From: a virus
Taxonomy: Duplodnaviria; Caudoviricetes
DNA length: 64,000 nt
Reading direction: 5' to 3' (one strand)
Virus record (IMG/VR): IMGVR_UViG_3300047321_000298
Location: 1-64,000 of that record
Positions 35,274 to 44,580 of this stretch are shown here, in pieces. Position 1 is the first letter of the stretch. Each line of letters starts with the position of its first letter. The notes under the pieces are model-generated. The model did not search any database. It was given only the letters and a program-made list of their open reading frames with translations, and was not told where the DNA came from. Made by a program: the position numbers and the translations under genes.

Positions 35274-35840
35274 TCAACTCCATTTGATCGACATGATTTC
35301 ATCGATGTCCTTTGCTGAAGCCAACTTGGCCTTTAGCTTTGAACGCGTCTGGAAAGCCTCCCACCCTTGTGCGGTTATGGCTGCGTTTAAGCCCTGAATA
35401 TCTTTCAGTGTGAAGGGAACCGGGGTGTTATCGGACGATATCCAGTAGAACCCGCTGGGAGTTTCGCCTAGGATGGAATACGATTGCGCTGCCCTTGCAA
35501 CAGATGCCGCACTTTCTGCATCAGCTTCAAACTTCTTGGTCACACCTCCCTCTGTAGTGAAGGAGATGTCGCTGACCACAGCGGAGTTGTAAGACGCAGT
35601 TATCGTCCTCTTCTGTGCTCCGCGTGCCTGCGACAACAGGAATTCAGGCGAGGGCGGAGTTAGCTTGTCGTCATTTACTGTCCAGCCGCCTTGCACCGCG
35701 AGACAAGCTTGCCATTCGTCATGGCTCAGGGCAATCGCTTCTACGCCTTCTGGCACTGGACTGTCAGTGCTATCGTAGAAGGCAACGATAACCCCATTCT
35801 TATCATATGCTGCGTACTTCTGACCCATGTCGGTCTCCAT
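35274..35840 (-). CDS. Tail fibre assembly chaperone (DUF4376/Tfa-like)
   Basis: Directly after a fibre gene; YAAYD.NG..AFYD, F.W...DN..VPFT..D..GL motif. Confidence 0.75.
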   Translation of the reverse strand: METDMGQKYAAYDKNGVIVAFYDSTDSPVPEGVEAIALSHDEWQACLAVQGGWTVNDDKLTPPSPEFLLSQARGAQKRTITASYNSAVVSDISFTTEGGVTKKFEADAESAASVARAAQSYSILGETPSGFYWISSDNTPVPFTLKDIQGLNAAITAQGWEAFQTRSKLKAKLASAKDIDEIMSIKWS

Positions 35841-37459
35841 TAATAGCCTATTGCGAGCCAGTTAGCACCTTTCTGATCGGCTCCGATAACAGCGGACGAA
35901 TTTGTGAAACTCACAACTCCGCTGTAGTTGTTGTTGGCAACGTTTCCGGGGCCAAACAAAGAGACGCTGTTTAATACCCTCAAGCAAGCGTTAGGGAACG
36001 TAATAGGGAAATTAACGGTGGGGAACGTTTGATTGCCGGGAGTGGTGCCCCATTGGAGTATTAGTCCATCTGGTAAAACGTCATACCCGTTCCCTGCGAA
36101 CAGCGTGCCGCTACCTAGTTTTCCGCGCATTGAAAACGGGAACCAGTCCGTCCAGTTAGCACCGTTGTTGTAGCCTTGTCGCCAGTACGGGGGATACCCA
36201 CCGACACCGTGACTATCGCCACCGCCTGTATTCCACGGATACGCGATCTGCGTGATGTCTGAGCCATGCGCGCCGGACACACCGTCACCGATGTTGTGAA
36301 CCCAGATGTTGCAGTTCCAGTTGATCGGCATGTTGGCCGGTAGGTTGCCCGAAGTCGCAATGTACAGCCCAGATGCAAGCGCGTTGCTGTTCAGATCGTC
36401 CGCACTGGTCAGTTGGCGTCCGCTGCTTGTTGACGGGCTCTGAAGCATGCCGACCGCTTGAATCACGCCCGGTTGCGGCATGTACAAGCCGGAACCACCG
36501 TACGCGAGACCAGGTGTGCCCACAGTGGCGAGAGGCGCGCTCGGAGGCGGGTCGATGATCTGCGAGTAGTAAATCTTCAGTCCCGATTGCGTGGACGAAT
36601 ACAGACGGCAGTGGCTACCAACAGCCGGTGAATTCAGCAGCGGGATATTGCTGTACGTGCCATCGTTCGTCACGTTCAGATTGAACCGGTAGTTAGCGCC
36701 TGACGTAACGATGCTCGACACTGACCGGAAAAATCCGTCCGGTGTTTCGAGGACCCACTGACGATTAGCAGATGCGAGCGCAGCAGGCGTGAACAGGGCC
36801 GGTGAAAACTCAACCCATGTCGTGGACGAGTTCAGGACCGGTGCCGCGTTGTTTACCTGATAGTAGGTCGTGCCCAGAGTCCACGATGAGTCACTCGAAT
36901 TTTGCAGGAGCGACGAATCACCTGAAGGGCTTAGCTCGCGCACAACGTACAGCGGAACATCGGGGTTAGCCGATACACCGGGCGGGTACACGTCGGACCA
37001 CTGATAGATATCGAGCACGGCCGGGGGCGCGTTGATTGTGTCGATCTGGAAGACTGCAACCGACTGCTCCAACTTCAACAGGCAGTTGAACGTGTAGCTC
37101 GATACGACGTTCGTGCCCAGGCTCGAATACTTCGTTTGCGGCTCGTCAAAGACGCCCTTTGCAAACATGACACCGCCATCGAGATACAGCGCGACTTCAC
37201 CGAACTGAAAAGGACCGGCATCGACCGGAATCTGACAGATGATGTTGAGCGTGTTGTTGCCGATGTATTCGTAGCTAGTTGGCACACCTGTGAAAAGCAG
37301 GTTGCCATTCAGACCGGCATCAGTGCGTTGCGGATCGTAGCCATAGGCCGATCCAACTTCAAAGCTGGTGATGTGAATGTAGGGACCTTCAGGCATCGCG
37401 GTTGACGCGACAGCAAGCCCCGCATTGGTGATCACCAGAAGTGGTGTGCCGTTACTCAT
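35840..37459 (-). CDS. Baseplate-anchored tail fibre protein
   Basis: N-terminal ITNAG..GSAYGY..GPFQFGEV anchor (paralogous to 2878..5292); C-terminal GY.VLPDGLILQWG..FPI.FPNAC tip. Confidence 0.88.
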   Translation of the reverse strand: MSNGTPLLVITNAGLAVASTAMPEGPYIHITSFEVGSAYGYDPQRTDAGLNGNLLFTGVPTSYEYIGNNTLNIICQIPVDAGPFQFGEVALYLDGGVMFAKGVFDEPQTKYSSLGTNVVSSYTFNCLLKLEQSVAVFQIDTINAPPAVLDIYQWSDVYPPGVSANPDVPLYVVRELSPSGDSSLLQNSSDSSWTLGTTYYQVNNAAPVLNSSTTWVEFSPALFTPAALASANRQWVLETPDGFFRSVSSIVTSGANYRFNLNVTNDGTYSNIPLLNSPAVGSHCRLYSSTQSGLKIYYSQIIDPPPSAPLATVGTPGLAYGGSGLYMPQPGVIQAVGMLQSPSTSSGRQLTSADDLNSNALASGLYIATSGNLPANMPINWNCNIWVHNIGDGVSGAHGSDITQIAYPWNTGGGDSHGVGGYPPYWRQGYNNGANWTDWFPFSMRGKLGSGTLFAGNGYDVLPDGLILQWGTTPGNQTFPTVNFPITFPNACLRVLNSVSLFGPGNVANNNYSGVVSFTNSSAVIGADQKGANWLAIGY

Positions 37460-37489
37460 TTACATACCTCTGTTAATGATTGAAGTGCG

Positions 37490-37846
37490 GGCTCTCGCAT
37501 TAGTGGTTTACCCGCGAAATGTTGATAAAATCCATTATGTCAAGTTCTGCTGCAACGCACCAAATGAATGAAATCAAATACATAGGTCAAGTAGCTGACC
37601 CTTTAATGAGTAAAAAGCGACAAAACAACACTTATTGCGTGCCCAGGCAACCAATATGCAATTGTTTTTCTGTGCAGCTATTGACAGTTTGTGCAACCCG
37701 TGCAGGTGCGAGTCATCGATGTGGAATCGAGCGGAAAAAGTTATCCACACGGCACGCAAGCCGCGTAGTTATCCACTTGCAGGGGAGTTGTTCACAATGC
37801 GTGAGGCTTATCCAACGCTTCGCGACTTATGCACAGCGTTGGAGCC
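37490..37846. other. oriC-like locus: AT-rich tract plus DnaA-box array
   Basis: TTATCCACA 37741, TTATCCACT 37769, TTGTTCACA 37788, TTATCCAAC 37808, TTATGCACA 37827; 37501-37680 is 39% GC by hand count (70/180); largest non-coding gap in the window. Confidence 0.6.
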
Positions 37847-38968
37847 TTATGCGTACTGCTGCAGGATGTCGGAGAGGCGTTCCATGTTCGTGTGCAGCCG
37901 GAAGTCTTGCCGCTCGCGTGTCGTGTGCACGTAGCCAGCCGGACGTGTCGAACCATCGAAGAACACCAGGTACAGATACTTGAAGCCCTTGTGCAGGGCC
38001 CCGCGAGCCTTGCGCGTAATCTCGTCTGTCACGCTTCCCCTATCGGCCGGGGGCTCGCTTGTGAGGTCGATCACCAGACCGCGCTTTTCGATCCACAGAT
38101 CAGGCGCGTAGTCGCGTCCTTCCGAGCGATACGTTGGGCCGGATGTATCGATAGATTGCGCAGCGATTCCCTCAGTCAGGAGCCACGGAATCGCCACCTT
38201 TTGGGTGCCAACGACCAACCACGAAGCGCCGCCCGAATCGAGCCGTTGTGGGGCGTTTTTGAAGGCCGCACGCAGCGCTTCGACGGGTTCCAGAGGCGCG
38301 ACCGGCAGCGCCTTTTTCTTGATACGCACGGGCACCGGCAGATCGTCTTCAACTTCGATCTTCAGGTTGTGTGCTGAGTCCCTGAGCTTTTCCCGCACCT
38401 CCCGCCGTTGGCTCGAACTGGTGCGTTTGCCGTTGCTGCGTTCTAGCTCGTTGCGCCGGTTTGATTCCACGCGTTTGGCTATCGCTTCCGGACGTGATCG
38501 CGGATCGACCGATGTACCGTTGGAGCGTTCAAGCTCGCGATCCATGATCATCTCTTTGTACGTCTTCGAGCGACGCAGCGCGCGGCTTCGGTTTCTGAGT
38601 TCCGGCCGCTGCGCTACGTTCGTGTACTTGCCGCCTGATCGTTCTAGCTCGTTGCGTCTGCGCGTCTCGATCTTCGCCGGGTCTTTCCACGAGCACGCAG
38701 CAGAGCAGTAGCTGATGTACTTCAGTGCGCGTTTATCGAACCGGACCGTTTCGTTGCAGCCCGGAGTCTTGCACGTTGATCGCGCGTTAGGAAACAGGTG
38801 CGTGTAGAACTCAAGCTGATTGAACCGTGAGCCCAATGCGTCCTGCAATTCACTAAACAGTTCCGCGTCTATACGGTTGCGCAGCCATGCACTGAATCCA
38901 CCTGGTCCGCTAGGTTTGGATAGCTGCAGCAGCCCCCTCACATCCTTTATAACAAGTTTCTGGTCCAT
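37847..38968 (-). CDS. Homing-endonuclease-like protein (zinc motif, repeats, degenerate PD-(D/E)xK domain)
   Basis: C..PGC..V.F....Y..YCS..C, three RxxELERSxG repeats, YAPDLWI...LVIDLTS. Confidence 0.55.
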   Translation of the reverse strand: MDQKLVIKDVRGLLQLSKPSGPGGFSAWLRNRIDAELFSELQDALGSRFNQLEFYTHLFPNARSTCKTPGCNETVRFDKRALKYISYCSAACSWKDPAKIETRRRNELERSGGKYTNVAQRPELRNRSRALRRSKTYKEMIMDRELERSNGTSVDPRSRPEAIAKRVESNRRNELERSNGKRTSSSQRREVREKLRDSAHNLKIEVEDDLPVPVRIKKKALPVAPLEPVEALRAAFKNAPQRLDSGGASWLVVGTQKVAIPWLLTEGIAAQSIDTSGPTYRSEGRDYAPDLWIEKRGLVIDLTSEPPADRGSVTDEITRKARGALHKGFKYLYLVFFDGSTRPAGYVHTTRERQDFRLHTNMERLSDILQQYA

Positions 38969-39043
38969 CTACATATCCCGCAGTTTGCTTGCATATAGCT
39001 CAAATTGGGGTATGTGCGTGTAGCGCTTCAGATGTGTTGGGGC

Positions 39044-39087
39044 TACAGCGTGCAGTCTACAGTTGGGTCTGTACAGCGTGCAGTCTA
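39044..39087. repeat. 16-bp direct repeat TACAGCGTGCAGTCTA x2
   Basis: Exact copies at 39044-39059 and 39072-39087 (28-bp period), intergenic. Confidence 0.9.
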
Positions 39088-39128
39088 TATAGCGCTCTAC
39101 TGCTGCTTTGTGCTGCGTTTTTTTGTGT

Positions 39129-40247
39129 TCAGAACAGACGGCTAGACTGTATGTTCAGTGCACGTTGCTGCTGATCCGATTGCAGACCGAACACATAGTT
39201 GCGGAACCCGTAGTTGATATCGAACATCACAGGGAACGACGGTTGACTCACCTTAGAGCCGGTTACCGTCAGTTGCTCTGTATCAGCCCATGACAGAGAT
39301 ATGATCCCTGATTGGGTAGTTGAGTTGTTGGATGAGGGTTGCAGTGTCCCCTGTGTTTGGTTGTTACCAGCGAATCCTGAGAGCATCTTGATGAAGTACT
39401 GTCTCTGTGTAAGCTGTGCAGTAGTCGGTGAGTTCGCTGGTGTCATAAGCTTGCCGTTGATGAGGAACTGCGATCCATACTGAACGAACGACGTGCCCAT
39501 TGATCCGCTTTGTGTTCCCATGAATCCCCAGTAGGCTGACGTATCTGTCATGTTTACTGTTGAACCTAGCAGCTTGACGTAGCCATGGCTCGATGAATCC
39601 ATGTTCCTCACTACATCCGCATAGATCGAATACAGAGCGATTGACGGAGTGGCTGGTGCTTGGGGCAGGTTTAAAGCCACCCCTTCAAACGTGATAGACC
39701 CGCCGTACCTGTTGATTCCGTATAGAACCCATTGCGCGTTTGTTTGGCCTGTTGAGAACGTGATAGTCGGTCTCTGGAGGTCTTGCATATACTGCGATTT
39801 ACACTGTGTTCCGGAGACCAATGTGTCGAAATCTCCGTAGTTCGTATCCCCATAGAACGTGAACACAAGGTTAGCTCCGGTGTAGATCGCAACGTCTGAC
39901 TGAGGGAACGAGAAGGTCTGGGAGGCGAGCAGCGCGATATACACAGAGCCCGTTATCTGCTGATTCGGAAACAGCGATTGGGCTGCTTGTACGGCTTTGG
40001 CTATAGTCTGGAACGGCTGTGCTTTGGTACCCGGGTTTGTATCTGAACCTGAGTTGGACACGTAGAAAGCGGTGAACGAACCGAAGTAGGAGTGGCTCCC
40101 AACGTACACGCCATCTGCATTGGACTGAACGAGGTTACCGGGTTGCTGTGAAATCGGCACCTGAGTCGGGGGGATGGTCGCTGACGGGTCCATCGGCCGC
40201 GTTACCTGAAGGGCTGAATCGTAAAACGAAGGAAGCTGGTATGTCAT
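39129..40247 (-). CDS. Baseplate-associated protein with beta-helix (tailspike-like) signature
   Basis: FYVSNSGSDTNPGTKAQPFQTIAKAV is the typical cap motif of pectate-lyase-like beta-helices; lies in the baseplate operon. Confidence 0.55.
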   Translation of the reverse strand: MTYQLPSFYDSALQVTRPMDPSATIPPTQVPISQQPGNLVQSNADGVYVGSHSYFGSFTAFYVSNSGSDTNPGTKAQPFQTIAKAVQAAQSLFPNQQITGSVYIALLASQTFSFPQSDVAIYTGANLVFTFYGDTNYGDFDTLVSGTQCKSQYMQDLQRPTITFSTGQTNAQWVLYGINRYGGSITFEGVALNLPQAPATPSIALYSIYADVVRNMDSSSHGYVKLLGSTVNMTDTSAYWGFMGTQSGSMGTSFVQYGSQFLINGKLMTPANSPTTAQLTQRQYFIKMLSGFAGNNQTQGTLQPSSNNSTTQSGIISLSWADTEQLTVTGSKVSQPSFPVMFDINYGFRNYVFGLQSDQQQRALNIQSSRLF

Positions 40248-40251
40248 GTTT

Positions 40252-41496
40252 TCACCAATAAGGGACGTACTGATTAGCTGAAAGCTGCGTGAACCCTTTG
40301 GGGTTGCACAGAAGGTTCTGGCGCTGGCCTACGATCTGGGCCGGAATCAGGTTTAGGCCCTGCGTGCGCTCGACCGGTACCGACGTATAGAACGGGATAC
40401 GCGCGTCTGATCGGGTGGAACCTGGTACGGGCATCCACCCAACGGGGCCAAGAAGCACTGAATAGCCGGATGTCTGACCGTTCGTTGATTCGCCGCCCAT
40501 TAGCGTTGAGGGAACCACCCCGCTTGTTGAACCCTGCCTGTCGGTCGCTGCGTATGCCGGTATGGAATTACCGTTCGTGTCTTTAATCCACGCAGTAGGC
40601 TGCCCCAGCATGTAAACGCCGCTGTAGTTCGTGTTTGCCGGTGTTGTAGTCAGCGCACCCATCGGTATTTGAGGCGACACATCGAACGTGGGTGGAGCAT
40701 CTGATCCATACGAAAACAGATTGGACATCACGATTTCGTTGTTTGCCCACAGACCTATGGCCACGACCTCTGCGTCTGTCCGTTCTCTCGTTTCGTCGTC
40801 CGTCACCCACATATCGAACGATATATCGACCGAATGCAACACGAGGTTGTAGTTGGCAATCTCGTAGAAGAACGAAATCAGCGTGGAGATATCCAAGCCC
40901 TGTAATCCGCCCTGCGCGACAATCGCCACGTGCGTTGTCGGGTACCACGTGCCGCCTTCCCACAGAGGTGTACCGATAGCCGCGTCTCCGTCCTTGAAGA
41001 AGTGCACGTAATCCTGCGTCCACAGGCGTGACACCTGAAGCGATGAGCTTAGGCAGTAGTTGATGAAGTTGATAAACGACTGCGTGCCCTTGCCGAACCA
41101 GTAAGCACCGACCCAGCGCGCAATCGCCTGGTACGAGTCGTTGGATATGATCCCCGCGTTCATCAGCTTCATGCCAAGCATATTCACCTGTTTGACGAGA
41201 ATCTGACGTTCGGGCTGAGACCACGCCTCAAACGGGATTAACTGCGCTTCTTCGACATACTGTGTTTCCAGTGCAGGATTCGATACCCACATGTTTCGCA
41301 GATCACCCAGAATCTCGGTCGGAATATCGACTGAAGCTTCGAACACATCGTCAATCGCATCCATAAATTCAACGAAATATGGGTTCTGCGCCATGTACGG
41401 CGGAAGAAGGATTGAACGCGGGGTCCGGTACCCCAAACGCTTGTTCTCAACCGGATTCGTGGATGGAACATCCAGCGTGTACTGATATTGAGTCAT
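40252..41496 (-). CDS. Baseplate wedge subunit (gp7/gpI-like)
   Basis: Follows the gp6-like gene; LLPPYM..YF.EF.DAID.VF and Y..KGT.SFI.FI motifs. Confidence 0.6.
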   Translation of the reverse strand: MTQYQYTLDVPSTNPVENKRLGYRTPRSILLPPYMAQNPYFVEFMDAIDDVFEASVDIPTEILGDLRNMWVSNPALETQYVEEAQLIPFEAWSQPERQILVKQVNMLGMKLMNAGIISNDSYQAIARWVGAYWFGKGTQSFINFINYCLSSSLQVSRLWTQDYVHFFKDGDAAIGTPLWEGGTWYPTTHVAIVAQGGLQGLDISTLISFFYEIANYNLVLHSVDISFDMWVTDDETRERTDAEVVAIGLWANNEIVMSNLFSYGSDAPPTFDVSPQIPMGALTTTPANTNYSGVYMLGQPTAWIKDTNGNSIPAYAATDRQGSTSGVVPSTLMGGESTNGQTSGYSVLLGPVGWMPVPGSTRSDARIPFYTSVPVERTQGLNLIPAQIVGQRQNLLCNPKGFTQLSANQYVPYW

Positions 41497-41505
41497 GGAT
41501 CATCC

Positions 41506-43353
41506 TTAACCTATCGAGCTACGTGACGGCTGGCCTGAATCGATCTGCTGCTGACGCTCTGAATAGAACACGTTGATAACCGGAGGCTGAGCCAGCGTGT
41601 TGTACTGGATAGGCGTGTTAGCTATCGTTGTGGGCGTCGGTCCTGAAGGCGTCAGTGTCCCGTTGTCCGTGAACGTGTAGGTAGCTGCGGATGTTGCCGG
41701 AACCGTCGTCAGAATCCCCAAGCTTGCGCCCGGTGCACGTCCCCACACTGTGTACGATGCAGCGTCCATCACTGCGGGCCAGGTCAGCGTGATTCCGTAG
41801 TCGGCGGTTGTCGAAATGACTTGAGGGAATACCCAGTTCGTTGGGGTTCCCGACTGCCCATTCGTCAACGTCGTTGAAATCGCATAGCCGTACACCAGTT
41901 CACCAAGCGAGCCGCCACCTGGAACGAGCGTGTACGTGATCTGCGGGCTTGTTGGAGCCGTCACGATCATCGGCCCTGTCGGAGACAACACTTCTACGTA
42001 CGAAATCTGTCCGGGGCTCGATTTGAATGCTGCGCGCTCAAGATCGGATTCATAGAAGTTCGTCCGAAGCAGGCCGGGGCGTGGAGCAAACAGCTTTATG
42101 ATCGCGTCCGTCACCTGCGTCTGCACCTGTTGCGGAAGCGCAGAGTTGAAGATGTAGACGTTCATCTGCACGGTGCGAGGGACCGCAATGGGCTCCTGCC
42201 ACAGGAAATAGCATGAGTACATGCTCACAGCCTGACAGTAGTCCGTGAACTCCTTGATCTGCGCTTGTGACCATGGGCTAGTGGTCAGTCCCGACACGCG
42301 GATCACGTTCATCCAGCGGTAGTCGCTCGGATTGATTTCGCGCTGCGCTTGTGTCACCGCATCAACGATTCCGGGAAACGTTGCGACGGTCGCGAGATAC
42401 TGCGATTTTGTGACTGCTGATTGATACGTGCCGAACCCGCCTGATGCCACGTTTTTGTACGCGAGAGTCGGATTCTGGTTCGATCCGCCTTGCGGATTGT
42501 CAGTCATCACGCCATAGATCAACGGGAATCCGGTGACCGTGACTTGCGTGCCCGATGTCGTCAGCGAGTTGCCGTTTGCACCATGAGTCACCGGGTACGT
42601 GATAACGACCGTGTCAGAGACTTGCGGAATCGAGCCGAACGCTTGCAACGTGCCGAACTGCGCAGACGTTCCGCCCAGGTTGCCGAATTGCAGGAGCAGG
42701 CGTCCATCGCTTGTCGTAATGTCCGCGTATCCCGGGAGTCCATCGAAGTTCCACAGACCGCCATACGATTTCGGGATTATCGTGCTGTTGATCTGAACAG
42801 TCACGTCCTGATCAGAGACCACAAACGCATCTTGCGAACCCACAAACGTCTGGCGCTCGGTGCCCAGGCCGTTCATCTGGTAAGAGTACAGTTGCCCCTC
42901 ATACAGCGTCACAGCCAGCGGAATATTCGCTTTGAAGGTCAGCGCATCACGGTTGAAGAAGTAGTTACCAGCGGCTGAGAATTGCGTGTAGGGCGGAAGC
43001 GTGACATCGACCGGGCTCGTGATTGACGCGGGAGCCTGAGCGGGCAGGCAGCGAGCAATACGCAGGCCCTGCATTTGCGTGATTGACAGGATCGCTGAAT
43101 CTGACTGTGCGGTTTCAGCGAATGCATCCTCCGCTTCGCGGATCACACGGCCTTGTGCAAATGTCCCGACAGTCGAAACCAGTTCGATTAGCGTCTGTGA
43201 GGTCTGCGTCGTGAGGTTACCGACCCAAACAGGTTTCTGTTGCAAATAGGCTTGAAACTGCTGCACGAATTGATCGACATCGGCAGTCAGATCGCTCAGT
43301 ACAAGCGTTACTGCTGGCGTCGATGTGGTGCTTGAGGTAGCGGGCGTAGACAT
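41506..43353 (-). CDS. Baseplate wedge protein (T4 gp6 / baseplate J-like)
   Basis: AF.ETAQSDSAI, AVTKSQY, position after the gp25-like gene. Confidence 0.8.
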   Translation of the reverse strand: MSTPATSSTTSTPAVTLVLSDLTADVDQFVQQFQAYLQQKPVWVGNLTTQTSQTLIELVSTVGTFAQGRVIREAEDAFAETAQSDSAILSITQMQGLRIARCLPAQAPASITSPVDVTLPPYTQFSAAGNYFFNRDALTFKANIPLAVTLYEGQLYSYQMNGLGTERQTFVGSQDAFVVSDQDVTVQINSTIIPKSYGGLWNFDGLPGYADITTSDGRLLLQFGNLGGTSAQFGTLQAFGSIPQVSDTVVITYPVTHGANGNSLTTSGTQVTVTGFPLIYGVMTDNPQGGSNQNPTLAYKNVASGGFGTYQSAVTKSQYLATVATFPGIVDAVTQAQREINPSDYRWMNVIRVSGLTTSPWSQAQIKEFTDYCQAVSMYSCYFLWQEPIAVPRTVQMNVYIFNSALPQQVQTQVTDAIIKLFAPRPGLLRTNFYESDLERAAFKSSPGQISYVEVLSPTGPMIVTAPTSPQITYTLVPGGGSLGELVYGYAISTTLTNGQSGTPTNWVFPQVISTTADYGITLTWPAVMDAASYTVWGRAPGASLGILTTVPATSAATYTFTDNGTLTPSGPTPTTIANTPIQYNTLAQPPVINVFYSERQQQIDSGQPSRSSIG

Positions 43354-43363
43354 GAATTAAGCC

Positions 43364-43795
43364 TTACGTATTTGTTGTACTCACACTGAAACTGACGGCG
43401 GAAGGCTGTAGATTCAGATTGATGGTGAATGCGATACGCACCTGATACCCCGGTAGCGTCATATCAGGCGTCACATACGAGTTCGAGTTATCGAGCGTGA
43501 TTCGTGGCTCCCACCGCTGTAGAGCCTGGATCATCGCCACGTTCATTTTGTTCGCGGTTGATTGATCAATTGGTTCTTGCAGGAACTGGTACCAGAGGGA
43601 GCCATACAGCGGCTGGAAGATTCGGGAGCGTGCGCCAATCGCACAGTTGCAGATGTTGTAGATCGAGTTCTGGACTGCCAGGACGTTCGGCAGTCGGTCC
43701 GGGGCAGCGTTCAGCGTGACAAGACTATTTACGTCGATCCACGTTGCCCCGTTTAGCGAGATTTGGTAATTCGTTAGTTGTGCCATGGCTATCAA
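43364..43795 (-). CDS. Baseplate wedge subunit gp25/gpW-like
   Basis: IGARSRIFQPLYGS..L.EP.D...IQALQRWEPRI. Confidence 0.9.
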   Translation of the reverse strand: MIAMAQLTNYQISLNGATWIDVNSLVTLNAAPDRLPNVLAVQNSIYNICNCAIGARSRIFQPLYGSLWYQFLQEPIDQSTANKMNVAMIQALQRWEPRITLDNSNSYVTPDMTLPGYQVRIAFTINLNLQPSAVSFSVSTTNT

Positions 43796-44577
43796 ATATG
43801 CGGGGTAGGTGTGTTGGTATTGCGTTGCGCTCCATCATCGTCGTACACATGGAAATGTTCGTTGTAGAACGTGCGCATGTTCGCCATCGTTTGTCCGTTG
43901 CCGGTGCTCGTGCTGTCCGTGATGTCACCGCCAGCCGAAATCGTTGTGCTTGCGAGGACAGGGCCGTTGAACTGATGGACAGATGCTGTGTATGACGCTG
44001 GGCCCGACGCGTTCAGGTTGTACGCTGAGCAATTGATGTTTGCGGTGCCCGTCACCTGAAACTGCAGATTCCCTGACACCTGATGCGTTTCGTTGGCCTT
44101 TACCACGTGGATCACGTTACCGGCTTGATCGTAGGAAACCGTGTCGCCTGACTGATGGGTCCATACCCAGGTACCGGCTGACATATCGACTTGCAGCGAA
44201 TTGCCCTGCGGATCGACAAAGCCCCATCGGGTCGGTACGTTGAACCACGGATGTGCGTTAGGTTGCGTGTACAGCGTCTGATACAGGGGCTTGTGCTCAT
44301 CCCCGTTCTGAAGCTCTACCATGACCGTAGACCCCACCTGCGGGAAGCCGTAGACCCCATAGGGGCCCTTTGGTCCGGTACCGAAACCAAAAGGGGAGTC
44401 CTTGATTGCGCCAATCCACGGAACAGCGCCCTGCGTTGGATCGAACAGGCCGGGTACCGTTGCCTGGACTCGCGCGATACCCAATGAGTCCGTGTTCACA
44501 GACACAGTGCCCGCGTAATAGCCTTGCCCGTAGTCTTCTTTGTGTTGAACAGCATCATTGATCGTGTTGAGCGGCAT
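43792..44577 (-). CDS. Baseplate central spike (gp5/gpV-like, no lysozyme domain)
   Basis: OB-fold YAGTV..N.D...RVQ..VP..P.VGS.V.VE..NGD..KP.Y; beta-repeat stem; terminal HxH (EHFH). Confidence 0.85.
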   Translation of the reverse strand: MPLNTINDAVQHKEDYGQGYYAGTVSVNTDSLGIARVQATVPGLFDPTQGAVPWIGAIKDSPFGFGTGPKGPYGVYGFPQVGSTVMVELQNGDEHKPLYQTLYTQPNAHPWFNVPTRWGFVDPQGNSLQVDMSAGTWVWTHQSGDTVSYDQAGNVIHVVKANETHQVSGNLQFQVTGTANINCSAYNLNASGPASYTASVHQFNGPVLASTTISAGGDITDSTSTGNGQTMANMRTFYNEHFHVYDDDGAQRNTNTPTPHI

Positions 44578-44580
44578 AAA

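Noticed and set aside
37460-39128. Group I intron or IS carrying the endonuclease-like gene
   Set aside because: Flanking genes are complete on both sides; no terminal inverted repeats, transposase motif or recognisable intron core.
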